DNA from: Candidatus Saccharimonadota bacterium
GTDB taxonomy: Archaea; Nanohalarchaeota; Nanosalinia; Nanosalinales; Nanosalinaceae
Direction: 5' to 3'
Assembly: GCA_001761425.1 (NCBI GenBank)
Contig: CP012986.1
Coordinates: 150,001-182,000, forward strand
Length of the DNA stretch: 32,000 bases
The number at the start of each line of letters is the position of its first letter. Position 1 is the first letter of the stretch. The position numbers were made by a program, and so were the translations under genes. The notes under the pieces were generated by a model. It saw only the letters and a program-made list of their open reading frames with translations, made no database searches and was not told the DNA's origin. This document shows, one piece after another, positions 17,917 through 24,782 of the stretch.

Positions 17917-18870
17917 TTAAGTCTGTAAGAGGCCGTTCTCGTCGATTTCTTCTTTCCTGATCCGTGTGGAAGATATTATGTCTCCGTTTTCTGCTTCCAG
18001 TTTCTTGAGCACGTGAATTTCAAGCTTTTCTCTTCCAAGTTCTTTTCTCTTCGAATTTATTTTCCGGCCGTTTTCCTCTGTTTCTGGCGTGATGATTAAA
18101 GATTCTCCTTCTTCGAGAGAGTTGCCGTATATTCCGTTCAGTTCTATTGTTCTGAATTCCTCCAGTCCATGGTCTTTGAGAAAGGCCTCGACGTTTTCTC
18201 TACGTTCGTCAAAACTGTGTCTGGGCTTGGTGCCGAGTTTTTCTCTCAGCATCTCGTCTGAGGAGACTCCTATATCTATCTTTTTTCCTCTTTCGATCGC
18301 TGACAGAAGCATGTAGCGGTGTCCGGAATGGAAAAAATCCCAGCTGCCGCCGATAATCAGGTGTTCAGATCTTTCAAGATCAAGTATTTCTCTGCAGAAA
18401 TTTTTGTTCTGTTCGCTGGCCTCCATAAGCACAGCACCTTTTTTCCATAGGCCGTAAGCAATTACGGAGTCTTTGGGAGCAAAAAGCACTGCTGGAAGGC
18501 CAAGGAGATCTTCCTCGCCGTCGATAACAACTTTTGTCTGACATCTAAGTGCTGAGGCCTTCCTGACAGCTTCCATGGCTTCCCCTGTTATCTTCCCTGC
18601 CGGATTTTCTGCGTTAAAAGTTCTCTCTGACGTTAAGTCATCCTTTCCCCTTTTTTCAAGGCCTTCTCTCTGTGTTTTACCGTCTATTACTTTCAGATCG
18701 GCATCGATGTCGGATTCTTCGATGTCGTGTGATACTCTGTCGCCTACAGCTATTATCCTGCTGTAGTCTTTTTCCCTGAGCTTTTCTATAAGCTCTTCTC
18801 CTTTCACTGTTTCTCCGCGGGGTTCTCTCAGTTTTTCCCTGTCCTGTTCGGTTACCTCATAAACTGGCAC
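17917..18870 (-). CDS. Bifunctional CoA-synthesis protein: DUF359-type GTP-dependent dephospho-CoA kinase (N-terminal) fused to archaeal phosphopantetheine adenylyltransferase (C-terminal)
   Basis: N-terminal half: IIAVGDRVSHD, VIDGKTQRE, NPAGKITGEA, VIDGEEDLLGLPAVLFAP. C-terminal half: GGSWDFFHSGHRYML (HxGH nucleotidyltransferase motif), …ITPETEENGRKIN…, ISSTRIR. GTG start. Confidence 0.8.
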   Translation of the reverse strand: MPVYEVTEQDREKLREPRGETVKGEELIEKLREKDYSRIIAVGDRVSHDIEESDIDADLKVIDGKTQREGLEKRGKDDLTSERTFNAENPAGKITGEAMEAVRKASALRCQTKVVIDGEEDLLGLPAVLFAPKDSVIAYGLWKKGAVLMEASEQNKNFCREILDLERSEHLIIGGSWDFFHSGHRYMLLSAIERGKKIDIGVSSDEMLREKLGTKPRHSFDERRENVEAFLKDHGLEEFRTIELNGIYGNSLEEGESLIITPETEENGRKINSKRKELGREKLEIHVLKKLEAENGDIISSTRIRKEEIDENGLLQT

Positions 18871-18898
18871 TCTGTATAAAATAGAGGTCTGAGGCCTT

Positions 18899-20710
18899 TT
18901 ATCCTTTCCAGACCGTTGAATTGAAGGATGAGATTATCCTTCTGCGGAAGGCTACTGCCAGGGCTGTGATAAGGCCTAGGACGGCTGTGAATGTTTTCCA
19001 GGTTGTGGCTGAAGAAGAAAATCCTCCTGTAGCTACCTGTCTCTCTCCTTCTATAACCGGTGCGTTAAGGCCTGTCGTCCTCGTGATCTCCTTGGAATCG
19101 CTGTCTCCCTGGACCTCTGCCACGGTTCTGAACGTGTTTTCGCCTTTTCTGATGATCGTATCGAAACATACTTCTCCCGAAGCGGTTTTCTCTCCTTTTT
19201 TATCCCCGTTGTGATAAAACTCTACGTCGGGTTGTCCCTCGGAAACGACTTCTGGACAGACAGAGATTCTGTTATCGGCCTCAGTGTTTGAAGAAGTGGT
19301 GATGGAGGTTATAGAGACGGTAGGCGTTACTTCAAGAGTTACAGTGTTTTCAAGGCCTTCCGATTTTGCTTTCACCTGTTTTTTACCTACTGTTTCAGGC
19401 CTTATCGTCCATTCGTATTCTCCTTCGTCGCTGGTCTGTGTCTGGCCTACTGTTCTTTCATCGAGGATTATTTCTACTTCTTTGTCCGTGTTTCTGTCTC
19501 CTTCGAGTTTTCCGGAGATCTTTGTGGATTCTCCTATCTGTATCGTGTTTCTTTCCAGGTTTGCTGTTATCTGGTCGGGTGTGAGGGCATCTATTATGCC
19601 GGTGAAAAATCCTCCGCTGTCTGAGCTACTGGAACTTCCTTGGTTGTCCGTGTCATCGTCGCTTTCTCCTGGTGATGAGTCTCCGGTATCTTCGTCTTCA
19701 TCGCTGTTGTCGTCTTCGCTGTTGTCATTGTCTCCGTCCTGATCGTTGTCAGATGAGTCATCGTTATCGTTTTCGGAGTCGTCGTTATCTGTGCTGTCGT
19801 CCTCTTGTTCGTTGTTTTCCTCCTCTGTTCCGTCGTCGTTTTCAGCTGTTTCGTTGTTCCATCCTTCATCATTCTCGGCGGTTTCATTGTCCCATCCTTC
19901 ATCGTTTTCGGCAGTATCGTTATCCCAGGATCCGTCGTCATTATCTGCTGTTCCGTCATCCCACTGTTCATTGCTTTCCTGTGTTCCATCGTCATTGTTA
20001 TCTGCTGTCTCGTTGTTCCAGGAGCTGTCGTCGTTTTCAGCTGTCTCGTTATCCCACTGTTCATCGTTTTCCGCAGCATCATCCTCGGAGCTTTCAGAAC
20101 CTTCATCGGTTCCTGAAGAAGAGTCTTCACTGCCGTCGTTGTTGTCTGCTGTTCCGTCGTCCCAGGAACTTTCCTGACCTTCTTCCGAATCACCTTCCGA
20201 GGACGAGCTATCGCTGTCACCGTCCTCTGAGTCCGAATCATCTGCTGTACCGCTGTCCCAGTCGGAGTCGGAGGAATCATCTGTGCTTTCCGAGTCATCG
20301 GAACCCGAATCAGAGCCGTCCGAATCATCTGAATTTTCCGAACTATCGGAATCGCCAGTATCAGAACTATCGTCATCGGCAGTTCCGTCATCCCAGTCGG
20401 ATCCGCTGTTGGTGTCCGAACTACTGTCATCAGAGGAGGAATCGTCAGTATCGTCCCCGGCTGTGTCGTCGTCCCAACCAGAATCGGAGGAGCTACTTCC
20501 GTCGTCGTCATCTTCAGCAGTTCCATCGTCCCAGCTGGAATCGGAGGAATCATCTCCTGAGCCTGAATCCCAGCTAGAATCGCTTTCGGAGCTGCCTCCA
20601 TCACTGTCATCTGCTGTACCGCTGTCCCAGGCACCGGAAACAGCAGCCGCTCCAAGGAACAAAGTACAGAAAATTACCAGTCCTATTAACAGCAGTTTAC
20701 GCTCATTCAT
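18899..20710 (-). CDS. Hyper-acidic Asp/Ser-rich surface protein with 13 Trp-Asp repeats, a beta-rich C-terminal region and a C-terminal membrane anchor
   Basis: Signal peptide MNERKLLLIGLVIFCTLFLGAAAVSGA. The repeat W-[DN]-x-x-T-A-[DE]-[DN] occurs 13 times. C-terminal …TGGFSSSATTWKTFTAVLGLITALAVAFRRR…. Confidence 0.7.
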   Translation of the reverse strand: MNERKLLLIGLVIFCTLFLGAAAVSGAWDSGTADDSDGGSSESDSSWDSGSGDDSSDSSWDDGTAEDDDDGSSSSDSGWDDDTAGDDTDDSSSDDSSSDTNSGSDWDDGTADDDSSDTGDSDSSENSDDSDGSDSGSDDSESTDDSSDSDWDSGTADDSDSEDGDSDSSSSEGDSEEGQESSWDDGTADNNDGSEDSSSGTDEGSESSEDDAAENDEQWDNETAENDDSSWNNETADNNDDGTQESNEQWDDGTADNDDGSWDNDTAENDEGWDNETAENDEGWNNETAENDDGTEEENNEQEDDSTDNDDSENDNDDSSDNDQDGDNDNSEDDNSDEDEDTGDSSPGESDDDTDNQGSSSSSDSGGFFTGIIDALTPDQITANLERNTIQIGESTKISGKLEGDRNTDKEVEIILDERTVGQTQTSDEGEYEWTIRPETVGKKQVKAKSEGLENTVTLEVTPTVSITSITTSSNTEADNRISVCPEVVSEGQPDVEFYHNGDKKGEKTASGEVCFDTIIRKGENTFRTVAEVQGDSDSKEITRTTGLNAPVIEGERQVATGGFSSSATTWKTFTAVLGLITALAVAFRRRIISSFNSTVWKG

Positions 20711-20722
20711 TGAGTTCTAACC

Positions 20723-21052
20723 TCAGTTAGCTTCTTCTCTGATATCCTCATACAGGTCATCTGTGTCGTACCCGAACTCGTTCCCCGGAAAGGTCCTCGA
20801 AACTCTTTGACGCTCATTAATCCCTACAATCGCATCCTCCTGCAAGTACCAGTCAGCACCGGTACCCAGTTCTTGGTATTCTTCTTCGTCTATGATGTTG
20901 GCCCAGCCGTCTGAGTCGTAGTCTTCCAGTAGTTCATCTGTCACCTGGTATCCCTCTCCCTCTACAGGACCGGGTACAGCCTGAAGCTCGTAACCGCTTC
21001 CGTCTATCTCTCCACTGTAACTTTCCTCTGTACCTGTCTGAGTATCGGTAGG
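20723..21052 (-). repeat. Copy B of the ~330-bp dispersed direct repeat
   Basis: See copy A. The offset is 4,922 bp with no indels across the C-terminal domain. Confidence 0.8.
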
Positions 21053-21499
21053 GCTTTCAGTACCGGTTTCGGTTTCTGTAGGCCTTTCAGTGGATGTCTC
21101 TGTATCTGGTTCCTCGGTGTTGGTGTCTGTAGGCCTTTCTGTTTCTGCGGGAGTATCTGAACCTGGCTCTCCGCCTGGTGTGGAGCCGTCCTGAGAGCTT
21201 TTGTTGCCCAGGAAGCCTGCTAGAGGCCCTCTGGAGTCTTCGCTTAGATTGCCGTCCAGTTCGCCGTCTGAGTATTTGTCCGCGATGGCTCCTGTTCCAA
21301 GGCCTGCTCCGAGGACGCTGATGCCCTGGACAACTTTTCTGCGGTCCTGGTTGATGCTGCCGTCATTTTCTGTAACGCCTGTGGCGTCGTAGATTGCATC
21401 TCTGGGCCTGGTATAGGCTTTCTTCAGGGCTCCTGAGGCTTTGCTGAATCCGTTTTCAAGGCCTTTGCGGACGCCTGAAAATCTTTGCCCGCTGCTCAT
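20723..21499 (-). CDS. Membrane/secreted protein, paralog B
   Basis: Same architecture as 15798-16625 (…QDRRKVVQGISVLGAGLGTGAIADKYSDGELDGN…, TE/TP linker, conserved C-terminal domain). ATG at 21499 is preferred. The listed GTG at 21508 is an alternative. It lies 12 nt upstream of the 603-aa gene. Confidence 0.6.
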   Translation of the reverse strand: MSSGQRFSGVRKGLENGFSKASGALKKAYTRPRDAIYDATGVTENDGSINQDRRKVVQGISVLGAGLGTGAIADKYSDGELDGNLSEDSRGPLAGFLGNKSSQDGSTPGGEPGSDTPAETERPTDTNTEEPDTETSTERPTETETGTESPTDTQTGTEESYSGEIDGSGYELQAVPGPVEGEGYQVTDELLEDYDSDGWANIIDEEEYQELGTGADWYLQEDAIVGINERQRVSRTFPGNEFGYDTDDLYEDIREEAN

Positions 21500-21591
21500 T
21501 TCTGACACCTGGAGGAGGCTTCCTGAGGTTTTGAGGCCTTTACAGGGCTTTTACCGGTGTTGTCAACTCTTCTGGGTGTTTGAAAGTTCAT
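21496..21591 (-). other. 31-codon upstream ORF whose TGA overlaps the paralog B ATG (ATGA); likely a remnant of a deleted 385-aa-type gene
   Basis: MNFQTPRRVDNTGKSPVKASKPQEASSRCQK. Its ATG sits in the same position relative to the duplicated upstream element as the ATG of 16632-17789. Confidence 0.3.
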
Positions 21592-21637
21592 TGCTGGTTC
21601 TCGACCTGTTAAACTGAGGTAGGCCTTATCTAAAACC
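21589..21637 (-). promoter_or_regulatory. Upstream element with a TATA-like box, copy B
   Basis: An ungapped alignment to 17787-17835 gives 35 of 47 identical positions. The TTTTAGATA box at 21627-21635 abuts the stop codon of the signal peptidase gene. Confidence 0.45.
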
Positions 21638-22276
21638 GTTTGTTATGTTGTAGAAGTTCTGCAGGCATGTATGTGTTGCTTTGATTGTGGAGGGATGCAT
21701 GTTTTTTTCTTTCTCTAGAGATGTGGTTTTTTCGTCTGCTGTTGGTGTTCTCTCCCGTTTTTTGTTTTTTAGCTGGTCGAATAGGGTTTCTATCTGGCCT
21801 TTCATCAGGAGGATTGAGGGCAGGATTATGAAGGCTGTGATGAAAAGCGGGCTTCTTGAGGCCTTTATGAGGTATCCTAGGTGGGGTATGGAGAATGCTC
21901 TTTTTCCTTCTATCTTGTATGATGGTGTCCATCCTGGATCTGGTGATGGGTTTGCGTCTCCTTTGGTCTTGAATTCTACTGTGTAGTTTCCTTCTCTCGT
22001 ATCTGTTACTCTGTGCGTGACTCTCTCTGCGTCCAGGCGTGAATCGTTCGGTGTGAAAACTATCACGTCTCCCGTTTCTATCCTGTCGGCAGGGATTTCC
22101 TGCATGTAGATTACCGAGCCGGTAGGCATCTCCGGAGCCATAGATCCTGATTCCACGATGTAGGCCTCGAGCCCGAGGTACTGTGGTACGATGAACAGGA
22201 GGTAAGGGGTTGCGATCAAAACGATAGGCAACCATAGAAAAAGATTTTTCCTCGATTTCAGAGCTTCCAGTACCAT
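21626..22276 (-). CDS. Type I signal peptidase, archaeal/eukaryotic Sec11-SipW type (S26B)
   Basis: N-terminal TM. Catalytic Ser in ESGSMAP, His in VTHRV, conserved KGDAN, and a C-terminal TM (LFITAFIILPSILL). Confidence 0.8.
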   Translation of the reverse strand: MVLEALKSRKNLFLWLPIVLIATPYLLFIVPQYLGLEAYIVESGSMAPEMPTGSVIYMQEIPADRIETGDVIVFTPNDSRLDAERVTHRVTDTREGNYTVEFKTKGDANPSPDPGWTPSYKIEGKRAFSIPHLGYLIKASRSPLFITAFIILPSILLMKGQIETLFDQLKNKKRERTPTADEKTTSLEKEKNMHPSTIKATHTCLQNFYNITNGFR

Positions 22277-22365
22277 TTTTCTTTTTCCTTTTTTCTCGCC
22301 GGGTTTAAAGTATGAAGGCCTTCCCTCTGGTTGAGGGAGGGAAGACCAGATTTTTACCAGCTAGT

Positions 22366-23283
22366 TCAGTGTTTTTTCTTTTTCTCGTGTTTTTCTTTGT
22401 CTTTGGACTTTTCTCCTTCGTCCTTTTTACTGTCTTTCTCTTCTTTCTTGTCTGTGCTGGTTTTGTTTTCTTTACTTGATTTTTCCTTTGTCTTCTTGGA
22501 TTTCTCTACTTCTTTTTCGCTGTGTTCGTAGGATTTATTGCTTTCCTTTTCTTCGTAGTCTTTCTTGCTTTCTTTGTCTTTGCTTGTTTCTTTCTTGGAC
22601 TTTTCGGTTTCTTTCTTTTCTTCCTTGTCTTTGTCGTAGTTTTTACTGTCTGAATTTTCTTCTTTCTTCTTTTTTTCGTCGTAGCTTGTCTCTGAGCTGT
22701 CTTTTGTCTTGTTCTTTTCCTTGTAGCTTTCGTCTTTTTTCTGTTTTTCGCTCTGTGACTCGCTACTCTTTTTATGGTCTTTGTAGTCTCTTTTGTAGTC
22801 TACACTGTACTCTACGGATCCTTTCTGAAGATGTTCGTTTGAGGATTCGTATTTTTCCTTGTACATCTGAGTTTTCTCTTTCTGGTTGATGTACTTCTGT
22901 CTGAACTCTTCTTTCTTCTCTTTTTCTTCTTCGTAGAGTTTCTTGTACTCTTCAGAGTTTTTGTCTACGGTCTTGGAGAGGTTCTTGTAATGCTTCATCT
23001 TGCTCTCCATCTTATCCAGTTTGCTTTCCAGGTCGGAAGACTCTTTCTTCTCTTTCTCGTACTTCTGTTTGTATTTCTGAGTCTCTTCCCTCTTGTTCTC
23101 TAACTCTTTTTCCATGGAATCCATCTTCTTCTCCATCTCTACCATCTTTTTCTCGTAATCGGAGCTATCCTTATCTCCGCTGAAGGTATCCCAGCTATTA
23201 TTGGTCGCTGCAACGGTCCCTATACCGGTAACCGAAGCAATCAGGCCAATAGTGATTAAAGAGATCAAAATTTCCCGGTTCAT
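22366..23283 (-). CDS. Secreted Lys/Glu/Ser-rich low-complexity protein
   Basis: I place the start at ATG 23283 (MNREILISLITIGLIASVTGIGTVAA…), 8 nt after a GGAGGTGA Shine-Dalgarno. The listed GTG at 23295 lies inside that SD. The rest is K/E/S-rich and probably coiled. Confidence 0.6.
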   Translation of the reverse strand: MNREILISLITIGLIASVTGIGTVAATNNSWDTFSGDKDSSDYEKKMVEMEKKMDSMEKELENKREETQKYKQKYEKEKKESSDLESKLDKMESKMKHYKNLSKTVDKNSEEYKKLYEEEKEKKEEFRQKYINQKEKTQMYKEKYESSNEHLQKGSVEYSVDYKRDYKDHKKSSESQSEKQKKDESYKEKNKTKDSSETSYDEKKKKEENSDSKNYDKDKEEKKETEKSKKETSKDKESKKDYEEKESNKSYEHSEKEVEKSKKTKEKSSKENKTSTDKKEEKDSKKDEGEKSKDKEKHEKKKKH

Positions 23284-23291
23284 AACTAAAT

Positions 23292-23299
23292 TCACCTCC
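23292..23299 (-). promoter_or_regulatory. Shine-Dalgarno GGAGGTGA
   Basis: The plus strand reads TCACCTCC. The spacing to the ATG at 23283 is 8 nt. Confidence 0.5.
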
Positions 23300-23562
23300 T
23301 TTAAATCAAACCTGCTTTCTCAGGAAGTTAACAGGAAACCCCTGGGGATCATCGCCCCCTATAGCTCAGGTTTTCAACACCAAATAATTGTATTTCCTTT
23401 AATAACCTCTTTGTTGCACTAAGAGGCCTTCAAAAATACAGAAAAAACTTTATATTACCTACAAAGGCCTCAAACAGAGAATAAGCACGGTAAAGATTAT
23501 GATAAACTCTCTCTAAATATCGAACTATCCTGAAAAATATCTGATAGGTTAAATGTTTTCTG

Positions 23563-24171
23563 CTAGGTGAAATCGTGTTTCTTCAGCTTTTCACTGATCC
23601 TGTCCTGAGATACTCTTGAAATGTCGGGTTCAAGGCCTTCTTCCAGGCTTACGACGGTTTTACAGAGTTTTTTAAGGTGGCTGGCGCTGATCTCGGATAT
23701 TTCCGGTGCTGCGATGCTTACTTTGACTGCTCCGTGTTTCATGGCGCTTCCTATAACTGCTGCTATCCTGTTGCTGTCAAGTACTGAGCTGTCGACGATC
23801 AAAACGTTTTTTCCGGAGACCGGCTTGTCTTCTCTGGAGTATTCTCTCTTTTTAAGGCCTAAAGTCCTCGCCTTGACGATCCTGGCCCGGTCTATGAACG
23901 CTCCGGAGACGTTGAACTCGTCTTTAACCAGTCGGTCGACCCAGGCGGTTCCATCGTCAGTGACTCCTGCTACTATTACATCGCTTTCTCCCGGGACTTT
24001 GATGCTCTCCGAGAATCTTAGATCAAGATCTGCTTTCAGATTATCTGAAACAGCTTTCGCAACCCTGAAACCTTCCACAGAACTGCATAAAACAATATCT
24101 GGGTTTACACTGGCATCTGAAACTTTATCCGCCAACTTGCTTCCGGCTTCATCTCCATCATTCAGAGACAT
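23563..24171 (-). CDS. Phosphoribosyltransferase-like protein (COG1926-like, degenerate PRPP motif)
   Basis: GKNVLIVDSSVLDSNRIAAVIGSAMKHGAVKVSIAAP resembles the PRTase PRPP loop. ATG at 24171 is preferred over the listed TTG at 24177. Confidence 0.45.
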   Translation of the reverse strand: MSLNDGDEAGSKLADKVSDASVNPDIVLCSSVEGFRVAKAVSDNLKADLDLRFSESIKVPGESDVIVAGVTDDGTAWVDRLVKDEFNVSGAFIDRARIVKARTLGLKKREYSREDKPVSGKNVLIVDSSVLDSNRIAAVIGSAMKHGAVKVSIAAPEISEISASHLKKLCKTVVSLEEGLEPDISRVSQDRISEKLKKHDFT

Positions 24172-24357
24172 GTACAATTACTCCTCACAGGGACTTAAAA
24201 CCGATTCTACACATGAAAAGTAGTGTTCTTTAACCAAGGTAAAGACATAACTGAAAAGACACGTGTTAAAACACCGGATCAAGAACTCAGTAAAAACTGA
24301 GAGCTGTGAAAGGCCTCAGATGCTGTAGAAAGAGAAAATTAAGGCCTCGAGATCTTT

Positions 24358-24750
24358 TTAATCTTCAGGGCTGGCTGGAGGCCTTCCCAGGATTTCCACT
24401 TCGTATCCTTCAGGGTCTTTAACGAATGCATAGTTGCCAGGGCATTCTTCGGGAGGCCTGTAGTCTTCTCCGCCGGCCTTGACAGCTTTCTCGCATGCAT
24501 TTTTCAGTTTTTGATCTTTCTCGGTGTGTACGGCGATGTGGCCGAAGCCTTGGCCTTTCTCGTATTTTTCGTCTTCTCCGTGGTTGTAGGTAAGTTCTAG
24601 CTCTGCTGTCTGGTTTTCAGGTCCGAGGAAGTATAGGTTAAAGGTGTCGTGTTCACTTTTCGCCTTGAGTTCCCAGTTGAAGGCCTTTTTGTAGAAGTCT
24701 ATTACTTTTTCAGGATCTGATACTCTCAGCATTGTGTGAGCTATTTTCAT
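24358..24750 (-). CDS. gloA: Lactoylglutathione lyase / glyoxalase I (VOC superfamily)
   Basis: HTMLRVSDPEKVIDFYKKAF…, ELELTYNHG, GFGHIAV, AFVKDPEGYEVEIL. Confidence 0.75.
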   Translation of the reverse strand: MKIAHTMLRVSDPEKVIDFYKKAFNWELKAKSEHDTFNLYFLGPENQTAELELTYNHGEDEKYEKGQGFGHIAVHTEKDQKLKNACEKAVKAGGEDYRPPEECPGNYAFVKDPEGYEVEILGRPPASPED

Positions 24751-24782
24751 ATCTTAAAGAAGGCCTCCAGTTTTTTGTCTGT

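Noticed and set aside
19600-20600. Periodic DNA repeats that could be mistaken for a CRISPR-like or satellite array.
   Set aside because: The periodicity is irregular and imperfect with no unique spacers. It corresponds exactly to the in-frame Trp-Asp protein repeats of the 603-aa gene.
19594-20655. Very long alternative-frame ORFs inside the acidic repeat gene: 353 aa on the minus strand, 301 aa and several 100-150 aa ORFs on the plus strand.
   Set aside because: They are by-products of the GAT/GAC/TC(N)-rich low-complexity DNA, which is depleted in stop codons in several frames. Their translations (Thr/Met/Pro/Arg-rich or Cys/Arg/His-rich) lack signal peptides and domains. Only the 603-aa frame has a signal peptide, a normal-complexity C-terminal region and a membrane anchor.
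21630-22235. A 201-aa ORF in a second frame of the same strand as the signal peptidase gene.
   Set aside because: Its translation is Arg/Pro/His-rich and basic, unlike any real product here. The 216-aa frame carries the catalytic SGSMAP / THRV / KGDAN motifs.
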